A stretch of 64,000 nucleotides of DNA, from positions 1-64,000 of the forward strand of contig JAXLQJ010000019.1 in NCBI GenBank assembly GCA_046331705.1, read 5' to 3'. Each line of letters opens with the position of its first letter. Position 1 is the first letter of the stretch. Below, piece by piece: positions 1 to 9,932 of the stretch. The position numbers and the translations under genes were made by a program. This DNA comes from a bacterium (lineage in GTDB: Bacteria; JADJOY01). The notes beneath the pieces are model-generated. The model had not been told where the DNA came from. It searched no databases and saw only the letters and a program-made list of their open reading frames with translations.

Positions 1-133
1 CCTCGCCGGAGCGCGCCTCGTCGACGGTGAAGCCGAACGTGCTGAGCGCGAGCAGCTCGAGCTGGCGAACGGCGGGCTCGTCGTCGACGACCAGGATTCG
101 GGTGTCCGTGGGCTGGAACTCGGTCGTGGTCAT
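1..133 (-). CDS. Response regulator receiver domain protein, N-terminus only (runs off window start)
   Basis: Manual translation from ATG at 133: MTTTEFQPTDTRILVVDDEPAVRQLELLALSTFGFTVDEARSGE; ILVVDDE is the REC beta1 acidic pocket. Confidence 0.85.
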   Translation of the reverse strand, partial: MTTTEFQPTDTRILVVDDEPAVRQLELLALSTFGFTVDEARSGE

Positions 134-425
134 GGGGTCCCCGAATCTGCGCGTCGCGTGAATGCTCGGGCTCGTCGAGCATCGAAGCAAGGCGGGTGCC
201 GCGCGGGCGCGGGCGCGGCGGCCGAGCGGAGTCGCCCCCGCGCGCTGGATCTGCTCGGGACTTCGGGGTGTTGCGGGCGCGGCGCGTCGGCCATCTCGCC
301 CGATCGAGGTACGCGAACCGCTGGCCGACTGGCGGCGTGCCGTCCCGCAGCGGACAGAGCGCCCTGCCGGGCGGAACGCCCGTCGGATAGAACGGGAGTC
401 CATCCCGCTCGCAGGAGGCGTCACG

Positions 426-1238
426 ATGCTCGATGCGTGGCTCGACGCGTATCGCGATCCGCTCTTCTGGCTCTTTCCCGTCGGTGCGAGCGTCGTGAGC
501 ATGGGTGCCTTCGTGCTGTTCGCGGCACCGCTCACGGCCATCGCATGGTTCGACCCAGCGCCGCTGCGCCGCTACCGCATTCAGCTCCGCAAGGGCTCGC
601 GCCGCGAGATCGTCGGGCCGTCGATCCGGCTGTGGCTGATCAACAACGCCATCCAGCTCGTCCTGGTGGTGGCGCTCTGGCCCGCGATCCGCCGCGCCGG
701 AGTTCACGCGGGTCCGCTGCCGCCCTGGTGGCTGATCGCGGGGCAGGTGCTCTTCTTCATCTACCTCGACGACTTCCTCTTCTATTTCATGCACCGTGCG
801 CTTCACGACGGCTGGCTCTACAAGAAGATCCACTCGATCCACCACCGCATGACCACGCCGTGGGCGGTGACCGCGCACTACATGCACCCGATCGAGTTCC
901 TCGCCACCGCTGGCCTGATGCTGCTCGGTCCGTTGCTGCTCGGCGTCCACGTCGTCACGCTCTGGGCGTGGATCGTGTGGCGGCAATGGGAAGCCGCCGA
1001 GGGCCATTGCGGTTACGAGCTGCCGGGCTCGCCGACCCACCTCGTGCCGCTCAACGACGGCGCCGTCTATCACGACTTCCACCACGCCAAGATCCGCGGC
1101 AATTACGCGGGATTCCTGAGCTGGGTGGACGGCGTCTTCGGCGCTTACTCGCGCGGCTACCTCGAGGACCGCGCGCGCCGTGGCAAGCGCAGGCCGCCGT
1201 TCCTGCGGGGTGAGGCGTCGGGCGCGCGCGCCAGCTGA
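426..1238 (+). CDS. Sterol desaturase / fatty-acid hydroxylase family, ERG25/MSMO1 (C-4 methylsterol oxidase)-like
   Basis: His boxes HRALH, HSIHH, HDFHH; YKKIHSIHH..P....AHYMHPIE and GHCGYELP...GNY segments; GGAGG RBS before ATG 426. Confidence 0.85.
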   Translation: MLDAWLDAYRDPLFWLFPVGASVVSMGAFVLFAAPLTAIAWFDPAPLRRYRIQLRKGSRREIVGPSIRLWLINNAIQLVLVVALWPAIRRAGVHAGPLPPWWLIAGQVLFFIYLDDFLFYFMHRALHDGWLYKKIHSIHHRMTTPWAVTAHYMHPIEFLATAGLMLLGPLLLGVHVVTLWAWIVWRQWEAAEGHCGYELPGSPTHLVPLNDGAVYHDFHHAKIRGNYAGFLSWVDGVFGAYSRGYLEDRARRGKRRPPFLRGEASGARAS

Positions 1239-1348
1239 CGCCACGGTGCTCCCGAACGGTGGTAGAAGAGCGCCTTCGTTCGCGAACGGGGAGTGACGCG
1301 AGCACGCGGTCTCGCTCCCGCGCGTCGAGGTCGGAAGGGGGATGAGGC

Positions 1349-2461
1349 GTGGCGACCAAGCGAAGCAGCGGCCGATCGACGACGCGCGCGCGGGCGGCAC
1401 GCACGGTGACGAAGGCGGGTGCGTCCGCGCCACGCGGCGGCGGTCGCAGGCGAGCCGCGACGCGCCAGCCGGCTGCCGTTCCCGCGCCGCCGCCGGCGGT
1501 GGAGCCGAGCGGCTGGGATCCCAGCTCGACCGTGGTGGTCGTGAACAGCGCCGCGGCGGGCGGCCGCGTGGGGCGCGAGTGGCGCGACATCGCCCTCGAT
1601 CTCACGCGCTCGCTCGGCGACGTGCACTTCGTGCTGAGCCGGGCGCCCGGCCATTGCATCGAGCTCGCGAGCGAGGCGGTGGAGCAGGGCGCGCGCACGA
1701 TCCTCTCGCTGGGTGGCGATGGCACGCACAACGAAGTCGTGAACGGGATCCTGCGAGCGCAGCACAAGCGCGGCTCGATCCGGCTGGGCGTGCTGCCCGC
1801 GGGGACGGGCGGCGACTTCCGGCGCTTGCTCGAGCACAACGGGTCGGTCGGGGAGGCCGCGCGGGCGATGCCAACGGCGGCGGAGGCGCCCATCGACGCC
1901 GGTCTGATCCGTTTCGTCACCGACGACGGCCAGCCGGCCGAGCGCTACTTCGTGAACATCGCCTCGCTCGGGGTGAGCGGCTTGATCGATCGCGCCGTCA
2001 ACCGATCGAGCAAGCGGCTGGGCGGCAAGCTCACGTTCCTTCTCGCCACGCTGCAGACGCTGCCGAGCTTCAAACCGCCCAAGGTTCGGCTGTGGCTCGA
2101 TGGCGAGGTGGTGGGCGATTTCCGGATCTCGACCATCGCGGTGTGCAACGGTCGCTTCGCCGGCGGCAGCATGAACTTCGCGCCCACCGCGCGCCTCGGC
2201 GACGGTCTCTTCGACGTCACCGTGCTGCGCCACGCGCCGCTGCTGCGATCGGTGCCCGAGACGCCGAAGCTCTACGACGGGACGATCCTGGACTCGGTGC
2301 TCTCGGATTCGTTCCAGGGGCGCACGGTGAAGGTCGAGCCGCTCGACGAGCGCAAGTCGTACGTCGACATCGACGGCGAGGCGCCCGGTGTGGCGCCCGC
2401 GGAGTTCGAGCTGATCCCGCACGCGCTGCGCTTGCTGGGCGCGCGTCGCGACGTGCTGTGA
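1349..2461 (+). CDS. Diacylglycerol/sphingosine kinase family lipid kinase (YegS/DAGK)
   Basis: VVVNSAA, GGDGTHNEVVNG, LPAGTGGDF, NGRFAGG, DIDGE motifs. Confidence 0.9.
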   Translation: MATKRSSGRSTTRARAARTVTKAGASAPRGGGRRRAATRQPAAVPAPPPAVEPSGWDPSSTVVVVNSAAAGGRVGREWRDIALDLTRSLGDVHFVLSRAPGHCIELASEAVEQGARTILSLGGDGTHNEVVNGILRAQHKRGSIRLGVLPAGTGGDFRRLLEHNGSVGEAARAMPTAAEAPIDAGLIRFVTDDGQPAERYFVNIASLGVSGLIDRAVNRSSKRLGGKLTFLLATLQTLPSFKPPKVRLWLDGEVVGDFRISTIAVCNGRFAGGSMNFAPTARLGDGLFDVTVLRHAPLLRSVPETPKLYDGTILDSVLSDSFQGRTVKVEPLDERKSYVDIDGEAPGVAPAEFELIPHALRLLGARRDVL

Positions 2462-2474
2462 GGCGCGGCGGTCG

Positions 2475-3902
2475 ATGAAGCCGCTGCGCCCGGCGTCGTT
2501 GCCCCCGCGCCCCAACCTGTGGGCCGCGCTCGGGCCCGGCGTCGTGTGGCTGGCGCTCGCGCAGGGCTCGGGAGAGCTGGTGTGGTGGCCGTATTGCATC
2601 GCCAAGTACGGCCTCGGCTTCCTGGCGCTCCTGGCGCCCGCGTGCTTCCTGCAATGGCCGCTCAACGTGGCGATCGGCCGCTACACCGCGTTCACGGGCG
2701 AGTCGATCTGGCAGGGCTTCGTGCGTCTGCACCGCGGTTTCGCGTTCGGTCTGTGGCTGCTGATGGCCGCGTCCTTCCTGTGGTTCGGCGGCTTCGCATC
2801 GGCCGGCGGCGAGGCGATCGCGTCGTTGACCGGGGTGGGCACACCCGTGCTCTGGGGGTTCGTCACCGTCGCGATCTTCTTCCTGGCGCTGATCTTCTCG
2901 AAGGCCGCGTACACGCTGATCGAGCGCTTCATGAGCGTGGTCGCGATCACCACGGTGGTGGGGCTCGCGTGGGCGACGATGCACCCGACGGTGCGTGCGC
3001 GCATCCCGGAGTTCACCCTCGGCGTGCTCGGCTTCGACCACACGCTGGCGCATCCGTGGGATCCCAAGGATGCGACCAAGCTGCTGACCGCGATCACGTT
3101 CGCCGGCCTGGGCGGCTTCTGGACGCTCTTCTACTCGTCGTGGCTGCGCGAGAAAGGCACCGGCATGGCCGCGCGCATGGGGCGCGTCACCAGCCCGGTC
3201 ACGGGGAAGGGCGAGTTCATCGAAGACGCGGGATTCGTGCCTCGCGAGGAGCCGGAGCTCGCGGCCCACGCGCGTGGCTGGGTTCGGTTCCTGTGGCTCG
3301 ACGCGGGCGTGGGAGTGATCGGCAACCTGGCGACGACCTTCGCGACCTGCTTGCTCGCGTACGCGGTGCTGCTGCCGAAGGGCCTGGTGCCCACCGAGCA
3401 GCAGCTGGTGACGTTGCAGGCGGAGTTCTTCGCGGTCTCGTGGGGCGAGACCGGGCGTCGGGTCTTCCTGGTGGTGGCGGCGGCGTTCCTCGCGGATACC
3501 TGGCTCGCGACCGTCGATGCGGTGGCGCACACCCACACCGAGATGTCGCGCGAGTTCATCCCGAAGCTCGCCAAGCGCTGGGACTACCGGACGACGTACT
3601 ACGGCTGGGTGGTGGTGCTCACGATCGTGAGCTGCGTGACGATGGCGGCGAAGAGCCCGCAGGCGCTCATCCTGACGTCCGCGGTGATCGGATTCGTGGG
3701 GACGGTGCTCTATTCGTCGGCGCTGGTGGTGCTGAACTACCGCCTGCTGCCGCGGTTGCTTCCCGCGGAGGTGGCGCCGCGACCCGCGGGCAAGTGGCTG
3801 CTCATCGCCGTGGTGTCCTGCTACGTGGGCCTCGCCGTGGCGTATCTGGTGCAGGTGGCGCCACAGGTCTTGGGCCTCTTCCGTGCCGCGTCCCCCGGGT
3901 GA
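2475..3902 (+). CDS. Nramp/MntH-like divalent metal transporter (APC superfamily)
   Basis: LGPGVVWLALAQGSGELVWWP N-terminal motif, RYTAFTGES, about 11 hydrophobic segments. Confidence 0.75.
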   Translation: MKPLRPASLPPRPNLWAALGPGVVWLALAQGSGELVWWPYCIAKYGLGFLALLAPACFLQWPLNVAIGRYTAFTGESIWQGFVRLHRGFAFGLWLLMAASFLWFGGFASAGGEAIASLTGVGTPVLWGFVTVAIFFLALIFSKAAYTLIERFMSVVAITTVVGLAWATMHPTVRARIPEFTLGVLGFDHTLAHPWDPKDATKLLTAITFAGLGGFWTLFYSSWLREKGTGMAARMGRVTSPVTGKGEFIEDAGFVPREEPELAAHARGWVRFLWLDAGVGVIGNLATTFATCLLAYAVLLPKGLVPTEQQLVTLQAEFFAVSWGETGRRVFLVVAAAFLADTWLATVDAVAHTHTEMSREFIPKLAKRWDYRTTYYGWVVVLTIVSCVTMAAKSPQALILTSAVIGFVGTVLYSSALVVLNYRLLPRLLPAEVAPRPAGKWLLIAVVSCYVGLAVAYLVQVAPQVLGLFRAASPG

Positions 3903-4647
3903 GCTCGGTCGCGTCGGGAGCGAGGTCGAGCACGGGAATGCGCGGCCCGAGCACGATGCCCGCGAGCGTGAGCGGACACGCGTAGGCCAGCACCTCGACG
4001 CCGGCGGACGCGGCGCCGACCAATCCCACCGCGAAGTCGGGGTCGATGGCGCGGTGCACGCGCATCGCGCGGGCGCGAGCGCTCGGCACCACGAACACCA
4101 CGGCGGCGGGCTCGCCGCCGCGCGCGAGCTCCGCCAGCTCCGCCAGGTGCCTGAGGCCGCGGCTCGTGGGAGCGTCCGGAAAGAGGCCGATCCCGTCGAG
4201 CTCGAGGCCGACGCTCTTCACCTCGATGGTGCAGCGCTCCGCGGCGGCATTGCTCACCTCGAAGTCGAAGCGGCTGGCGCCGCGCTTGGCCTCCGGGCGC
4301 ACCCGGTCGTAGCGCGCGAACGGCGCGAGCGCGCGGGCGCGAAGCGCCGCCTCGACGAGCCGATTGGGAAGTTGCGTGTCGATCGACGCGAGCGCGCCGT
4401 CGCGCCACGCCGCCACCGCCTGGAACTGGGTCTTCCGGGCGGCGCCCGTCGCGCGCGCGAGCACCAGGCCGACGCCCGGCAGCAGCGTCTCGGCGAGGCG
4501 CCCGCGATCGGCGAGATGCGCCTCCACCACGTGGCCGTCGAGCCGCGCGCGCACCAGGAATCGATTGGGTCGATCGATGAACGTCGCCTCGACCAGCTCG
4601 GCGCCGCGTCCCAGCGGCACGCACACGGGTTCGGCTTCGCCGTGCAT
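3802..4647 (-). CDS. sfsA: DNA/RNA nuclease SfsA (sugar fermentation stimulation protein)
   Basis: FIDRPNRF, AHLADRGRL, SRFDF, IEVKSV, FPDAPTSRGLRHL motifs; ATG 4647 lies inside ORF 3802..5718. The 3' end overlaps the convergent transporter gene by about 100 nt. Confidence 0.9.
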   Translation of the reverse strand: MHGEAEPVCVPLGRGAELVEATFIDRPNRFLVRARLDGHVVEAHLADRGRLAETLLPGVGLVLARATGAARKTQFQAVAAWRDGALASIDTQLPNRLVEAALRARALAPFARYDRVRPEAKRGASRFDFEVSNAAAERCTIEVKSVGLELDGIGLFPDAPTSRGLRHLAELAELARGGEPAAVVFVVPSARARAMRVHRAIDPDFAVGLVGAASAGVEVLAYACPLTLAGIVLGPRIPVLDLAPDATELTRGTRHGRGPRPVAPPAPDTPRRGPRSRTPRR

Positions 4648-4674
4648 CGGCCCGTCATGTAGCGTGTGTCCGCG

Positions 4675-5814
4675 ATGGAGTCCACGAAGGCCGCGCCCGC
4701 GCGGCTCGCCTCGATCGACGCGCTGCGCGGCTTCGCCGTCGCGGGGATGATCCTCGTCAACGATCCCGGCGATCCCGAGGCCGTGGTGAGCTGGCTCCGG
4801 CATGCGTCCGGGCACGGCATGAGCTTCGCGGACCTGGTGTTTCCGCTCTTTCTCTTCGTGCTGGGAGCCTCGGTCGCGTTGTCGCTTGGTTCGGCGCGTG
4901 CTGCAGGCACGGGCGAACGCCCACGCCCAGACGCGCGGATCTGGCGCCGGATCCTGAAGCGAACGGCGTGGCTGCTCGTGCTCGGCTTCGCGCTCAACGT
5001 CGTGCTGGAGCTGCCGTATCTCGATCTGCGCGGCACCCGGCTGCCGGGGGTGCTGCAGCGCATCGCGCTTTGCTATCTCGCGTCCGCGGCGGCGGCCTTG
5101 CTGCTCGACACCCGCGCCCGGTTCGGGACCGCGCTCGTGCTGCTTTGCGGTTACGGACTCTTGCTTCGGTTCTCCGCGGCGCCCGGCCATCCGATCGGCC
5201 AGCTGGAGGATCCCGCGGGCACGATGCCCGCGTATCTCGATCGTCTGGTCTTCGGCGATCGGCTCTGGAAAGGATCCTGGGACCCCGAGGGGCTCACGAG
5301 CACGCTGCCGGCGGTCGCCAGCGCGCTGTTCGGCTCGGTGGCCATCGAACGGCTGATTCGCGCGAACGACGATCGACGTCGCGTTCGCGAGCTCGCGGCC
5401 GGTGCCACGGTGGCGTTGCTCGCGGGCTCGCTCGTGGGGCGATGGCAGCCCGTCGACAAGAACCTCTGGACCCCCGCTTTCGCGCTGCTCTCGACGGGCA
5501 TGGCGCTCGTGGCGCTGCTGGTCTGCGTGCTCGTGATCGACGTGCGCGGCGAGCGCGCCGCCGTCCGGCCGTTGATCTGGCTCGGCGCGAACCCGCTCGT
5601 CGCGTACCTGGGCTCCGCCGTCCTCGGTCAGGTGCTCGCGATCGTGCCCGCGGCGGATCGCGACCGGTCCGCGCGCGGCTGGCTGATGTGGCACGCCTTC
5701 CACTGGATCCCGACGCACGCGGGCGCGTCGCTCGCCTACGCGATCGCGATGCTGGGGCTCTGGATCGTCCTCGCTCGCGAGCTCTACCGGCGCCGCATCT
5801 TCGTCAAGCTGTGA
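4675..5814 (+). CDS. Heparan-alpha-glucosaminide N-acetyltransferase-like membrane acyltransferase (HGSNAT/DUF5009)
   Basis: RLASIDALRG, LRHA..HG.SFADLVFPLFLF, GVLQRIALCY, DPEGL.STL, KNLWT, C-terminal YRRRIFVKL. Confidence 0.88.
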   Translation: MESTKAAPARLASIDALRGFAVAGMILVNDPGDPEAVVSWLRHASGHGMSFADLVFPLFLFVLGASVALSLGSARAAGTGERPRPDARIWRRILKRTAWLLVLGFALNVVLELPYLDLRGTRLPGVLQRIALCYLASAAAALLLDTRARFGTALVLLCGYGLLLRFSAAPGHPIGQLEDPAGTMPAYLDRLVFGDRLWKGSWDPEGLTSTLPAVASALFGSVAIERLIRANDDRRRVRELAAGATVALLAGSLVGRWQPVDKNLWTPAFALLSTGMALVALLVCVLVIDVRGERAAVRPLIWLGANPLVAYLGSAVLGQVLAIVPAADRDRSARGWLMWHAFHWIPTHAGASLAYAIAMLGLWIVLARELYRRRIFVKL

Positions 5815-5870
5815 TCACCGCGTGACGCGGGGCGGGGCTGCGAGGGGCGCGCTGCCGGCGCTGGCGCGAG

Positions 5871-7076
5871 TCAGATGTCGCCCATCTGGCGGAAGTAATC
5901 GGCGATGGGGCCCAGGATCACGGAGAGCAAGCCCTTCAAGATCACGGCGAAGGCGAGAGCGGTGACGAGGACGACGCCGCCGAGAGCGAGGGCGCGGCAG
6001 CGTCGGACGGCGGACTCGGTGGCTTGATCGGCGAGCCGGATGAGCGTTTCGTCGAGGGTGCCGGTGCGTTCGCCGATGGCGATGGCGCCGAGCGAGACGG
6101 GGTCGAAGAGCGGTAGCGGCTCGATGGCCTCGGCGAGGCTCGAGCCGCGGCGGATTCGCGCCAGCACCTGGGGCGATTGCGCGGTGAGCTCGGCGCTGCC
6201 CGTCGAGCGCAGCGCCAGCGTCAGGGTGCGCGCCACCTCGACGCCGGCGCCCAGCCCCATGGCCAGCGAGGTGAAGAAGCGCGCGCCGTGGATCGCGCGG
6301 TGCGCCGGTCCGAAGAGCGGCAGCCGCATCTTGAGCCGATCCCAGCCGCGATCGAAGCCCAGCGCGACCAGCGCCAAGGGGGCGCCGAGGAACGCGCCGA
6401 AGATGCCGGCCAGCACCAGCAGATTGGTGGCGAGACCGGTGGCGTAGAGTCGCGGCAGCTCGCCCATGCCCGCGCCCTCGCGGATGCCCAGGCTGAGTCC
6501 CAGCAGCGGCCCCGCGAAGGTGAACGCGAGGATCAGGTACGCGGGGTAGATGAGCGACATCACCACCGACCAGCGCAGCTTCTGCATCCGCTCCATGTAG
6601 TCGACGATTCGCGCCAGCACCTTGTCGAGGCTGCCCGCTTGCTCGGCGAAGACCAGCAGCTCCACGTTGGTGTCGTCGAAGGTGGAGGCGTGGCGGCGAA
6701 GCGCGTCGCCGAGGCTGGCGCCGCGCACGATCTCGCGGCTGACGTCCTCGATCGCCGTGCGAAAGGTGGCGGAAGGCGCCCAGCGTGCGAGCTGCGAGAG
6801 CGCGATCGGGATGCTCGCGCCGGATCGCACCAAGCTCAGGAACTGCTGATAGAAGGCGACGCGCTTGCGGTGCTGGACGAGCGCCACCAAGGGCTGGCGC
6901 GACCACGCGCGCCGCAGCTTCTCACCGAGGGCGGGCTCGGGAGTCGGCCGGTGCACGTAGCGCTCGAACGTGGCTTGCGGCGTGCTCGTTCCGGTGGCCT
7001 CGGCGGCGGGCTCGGCGCCGGGATTCGTGACCGTGGCCGGCGTCGTCCGGGGGCGGGCCCGTCCGGTTTCCGTCAT
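5871..7076 (-). CDS. Type II secretion / type IV pilus inner-membrane platform protein (GspF/PilC family)
   Basis: Two T2SSF repeats (AEQAGSLDKVL..., GERTGTLDETL), YP motif, three TM segments. Confidence 0.88.
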   Translation of the reverse strand: MTETGRARPRTTPATVTNPGAEPAAEATGTSTPQATFERYVHRPTPEPALGEKLRRAWSRQPLVALVQHRKRVAFYQQFLSLVRSGASIPIALSQLARWAPSATFRTAIEDVSREIVRGASLGDALRRHASTFDDTNVELLVFAEQAGSLDKVLARIVDYMERMQKLRWSVVMSLIYPAYLILAFTFAGPLLGLSLGIREGAGMGELPRLYATGLATNLLVLAGIFGAFLGAPLALVALGFDRGWDRLKMRLPLFGPAHRAIHGARFFTSLAMGLGAGVEVARTLTLALRSTGSAELTAQSPQVLARIRRGSSLAEAIEPLPLFDPVSLGAIAIGERTGTLDETLIRLADQATESAVRRCRALALGGVVLVTALAFAVILKGLLSVILGPIADYFRQMGDI

Positions 7077-7462
7077 GGTGCGATCTCCCCAGTCGGCTGC
7101 AAGCGGCAATCCTTCCGCACGCGCATCGCGAGCAGCACCTGCACCGCGCCGGTCGCGGCTGCGGTGGCGGTCAGCGCACGAGCGCTCGTCCGCTCACCGT
7201 CCCGCGCTGGAGGATGCCACGTCCAGCCTGTTCCCAGCATCGCGAGCGCCAGGCCGTACGTGCGCGCCAGGCGTGCGCCCGCACGGGGACGAAGCGCGAT
7301 CGCCGCCGCGACGAGCGGCGGCAGGACGTCGAGCAACGCGAGCCAGAGGGCGCGATCGCCCGGGACGCCAGCGAGGCCGAGCCGCTGGTACCAGATCGTT
7401 CCCAGCACCGACGGCATGCACAGCGAGGCGGCCAGCCAGGCCTGCGCCGCGCGCGGGCTCAC
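7073..7462 (-). CDS. Hypothetical membrane protein (~129 aa)
   Basis: GTG start overlaps the upstream stop (GTGA) and the stop overlaps the PilC-like ATG (ATGA); several hydrophobic segments. Confidence 0.55.
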   Translation of the reverse strand: MSPRAAQAWLAASLCMPSVLGTIWYQRLGLAGVPGDRALWLALLDVLPPLVAAAIALRPRAGARLARTYGLALAMLGTGWTWHPPARDGERTSARALTATAAATGAVQVLLAMRVRKDCRLQPTGEIAP

Positions 7463-8064
7463 GCGGAGGCAGCCGTCCGCACGGCGTGGCCGAAGAAGCC
7501 GAGCCCCAGCACGTCGTCGAGCTGCTCCACGGCGAAGCCGGTGTTCGCGAGCGCCGCGCGGAAGGTGTGCGCGTGGATGTCGAGCCCGCGCGGATGCTCG
7601 AGAAACGCCGAGACCAGGCCGCTCTCGCTGAACCGGCTCGTGAGGTCCTCGAACCAGAACGTGGCGCGCGGCTTGAGCACGCGCGCGAGCTCCGCGAGCG
7701 CCCCGCGCCAGCCGGGCACGTGGTGGAGAATCCCGAACTCGATGGCCGCGTCGAACGACGCGTCCGCGAACGGCAGCCGCTCGGCATCGGCCACGAGCGT
7801 CGCGGCGGCGAGCGACGCGCCGCGGATGCGGCGTTGCGCCAGCGTGGCCATCGCGGGATCGAGATCGAAGCCCACGCGGAAGCCCGCCGGGAAGCGCCGC
7901 TCGAGGATCTCGAGGCCGACGCCCCGTCCGCACCCGATCTCCAGCACGCGCGCCTCGGCGGGCAACGCCGCGCTGCGCAGCAACGTCGCTGCCTCGATCC
8001 AGCGCTGCGACGCCGCCCGCACCGGATTGTTCATCAGGTGGAACTCGAGGCGGTTGAGTCGCAC
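7459..8064 (-). CDS. Class I SAM-dependent methyltransferase
   Basis: VLEIGCGRG, GFDLD, DAERLPFADASFD, LHHV, ELARVLKP. Confidence 0.92.
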   Translation of the reverse strand: MRLNRLEFHLMNNPVRAASQRWIEAATLLRSAALPAEARVLEIGCGRGVGLEILERRFPAGFRVGFDLDPAMATLAQRRIRGASLAAATLVADAERLPFADASFDAAIEFGILHHVPGWRGALAELARVLKPRATFWFEDLTSRFSESGLVSAFLEHPRGLDIHAHTFRAALANTGFAVEQLDDVLGLGFFGHAVRTAASA

Positions 8065-8073
8065 GTCGATTCC

Positions 8074-9441
8074 CTATTCGAGATAGCCGAGGGACTTGAG
8101 CCGCTCGCGGACGTCGTCGGGCAGCTCGGTGTGGCTGGTGGCGACCGCCTTCGCGAGCATCCGGTGATCGCGCTGGATGGCTTGCGCTCGCTCGAGCAGG
8201 CGCTGCGCGTCCTGGGGACGCGCTTGCGCCAGGTTCTGGAGCTCGCCCGGGTCGTTCGCGAGATCGTAGAGCTCGGTCGGCCCCGTGCTCTTCCACGCGG
8301 GGATGCGCTTGGCGCGCCCTTCGCCGTTGACGATCACCTTCCAGTTCCCGTCGACCAGCGCTTGGGAGCCGGCTCCGTCCGCCCACACGGGTTGAGCGGG
8401 GAGCGCGCCGCCTTGCAGCGCCGGAAGGAGCGATCGTCCCATCAGGCCCGGCGCGTCGCCGATTCCGGCGAGCGCGAAGAACGTGGGCAGGAGATCGACG
8501 TGGCTCACGGCCGTGCTCACGCGGCGCCCGGCGCCGAGCTTGCCAGGGAGCCGCACGATGAGCGGCACGTGAAGCAACTCTTCGTAGAGCGAGTTGCCGT
8601 GGTTGTAGAGACCGTGCTCGCCGAATCCCTCACCGTGGTCGGACGTGACGAAGACCGCCGTACGATCCAGCACGCCGAGCTTCGCGAGGCCGTCGAGGAG
8701 CACGCCGGCCTCGTGGTCGCCGTAGCGCACGCCGCCGTCGTAGAGGTCGATCATCGCCTGCCGCTCGGCGTCGCTGAACGTGACCGGCGGATGGTACGGG
8801 CCGATGCCGGTGCGCGCGACGTCCTCGGCGCGATAGGCGCTCACGAACGGCGCGCGGAACTCCTCGGGCGGGTCGTACGGGTTGTGGACCACGTAGAAGT
8901 GGACGAACAGGAAGAACGGCCGATCGCCCACCGACGCCAGCCAGTCGAGCGCCTTCTGATTGATCACCGCCGAGCCGGTCTGGCGGTCGACGTACTCGTA
9001 CGCGTCGAACCCGCGCGTGAACCCGAAGCGGTGGTCGAGGGCGGTCGCGTTCACGAATCCGGCGGTGGCGTAGCCGGCCTCGTGCAGCCGCTCCGGTCCG
9101 GTGAAGCGCGTCTCCGCGAGCGCCGTGTGCGTGACCTTGTGGACGTCGGGCTCGAGCGACGTGAGCATCGTCATGTGCGCGGCGGTGGTCCACGGCACCG
9201 GCGTGCGCGCGTGCTCGAACAGGATGGACTCGCTCGCCAGCGCGTCGAGTCGCGGGCTGGTGGGGCGCGCGTAGCCGTAGCAGCCGAGGTGATCGGCGCG
9301 CAGCGTGTCGAGCGACAGCAGCACGATGGAGATGGGCGGCTTGGGCAGCTCGGCCGGCGCCCGCGTGCAGGCGCCGAGCAGCGCGAACGGCACGACGCCG
9401 AGCAGGCGCGCGGCGAAGAGCGCGGCACGGGGGAATCGCAT
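8074..9441 (-). CDS. Sulfatase-like hydrolase (alkaline phosphatase superfamily), probable lipoprotein
   Basis: LLSLDTLRADHLGCYGY, PWTTAAHMTMLT, TSDHGE, HGNSLYEELLHVPL, ELYDLANDPGE, LKSLGY; LGAC lipobox. Start may be 9477. Confidence 0.9.
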   Translation of the reverse strand: MRFPRAALFAARLLGVVPFALLGACTRAPAELPKPPISIVLLSLDTLRADHLGCYGYARPTSPRLDALASESILFEHARTPVPWTTAAHMTMLTSLEPDVHKVTHTALAETRFTGPERLHEAGYATAGFVNATALDHRFGFTRGFDAYEYVDRQTGSAVINQKALDWLASVGDRPFFLFVHFYVVHNPYDPPEEFRAPFVSAYRAEDVARTGIGPYHPPVTFSDAERQAMIDLYDGGVRYGDHEAGVLLDGLAKLGVLDRTAVFVTSDHGEGFGEHGLYNHGNSLYEELLHVPLIVRLPGKLGAGRRVSTAVSHVDLLPTFFALAGIGDAPGLMGRSLLPALQGGALPAQPVWADGAGSQALVDGNWKVIVNGEGRAKRIPAWKSTGPTELYDLANDPGELQNLAQARPQDAQRLLERAQAIQRDHRMLAKAVATSHTELPDDVRERLKSLGYLE

Positions 9442-9497
9442 GGCAGTGCCCTCGAACCGCGAGACGGCGTCGCTCACGAAGACAGCGCGCGCGTGCG

Positions 9498-9932
9498 TCA
9501 GTGGACGGTGCGCGGCTCGGGCTTGGGCGCCCGCTCGCGATCGCGCAAGAGCGGCGATCCGTGGTGGTGGATCATGCGCCAGCTCTCGCCGTGACGGTGG
9601 AAGAGGTTGGTGGCCGCGACGCTCGCCGAGACCGGGGTGCCGCCGGCCACGGCGGCGAAGGTCTCGATGCAGGTGACGAACGCGACGTCACCGCTCACGA
9701 GCACCTCGACCTGATCGATCTCGATGCGGATGTTGGTGGATCCGTGGAAGATCCCGAGCCAGCTCTCGCGCACTTCCGCCCAGCCGTGCAGGATCGGCCA
9801 GCCGGGATGGATGCAGCGGTCGCGCTCGGTGCCCGCCCAGACGCGCTCCATGTTCTCGATGCGTCCGCTCTCGAACGCCTCGTAGAACTTGGCGTTGGCG
9901 TCGAGCACCGCGCGGCGATCGCGCTCGGACAC
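9498..9932 (-). CDS. SnoaL/NTF2-like protein
   Basis: ANAKFYEAFE, CIHPGW, GWAEVRESW, ATNLF, WRMIHHHGSP. Confidence 0.88.
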   Translation of the reverse strand: MSERDRRAVLDANAKFYEAFESGRIENMERVWAGTERDRCIHPGWPILHGWAEVRESWLGIFHGSTNIRIEIDQVEVLVSGDVAFVTCIETFAAVAGGTPVSASVAATNLFHRHGESWRMIHHHGSPLLRDRERAPKPEPRTVH

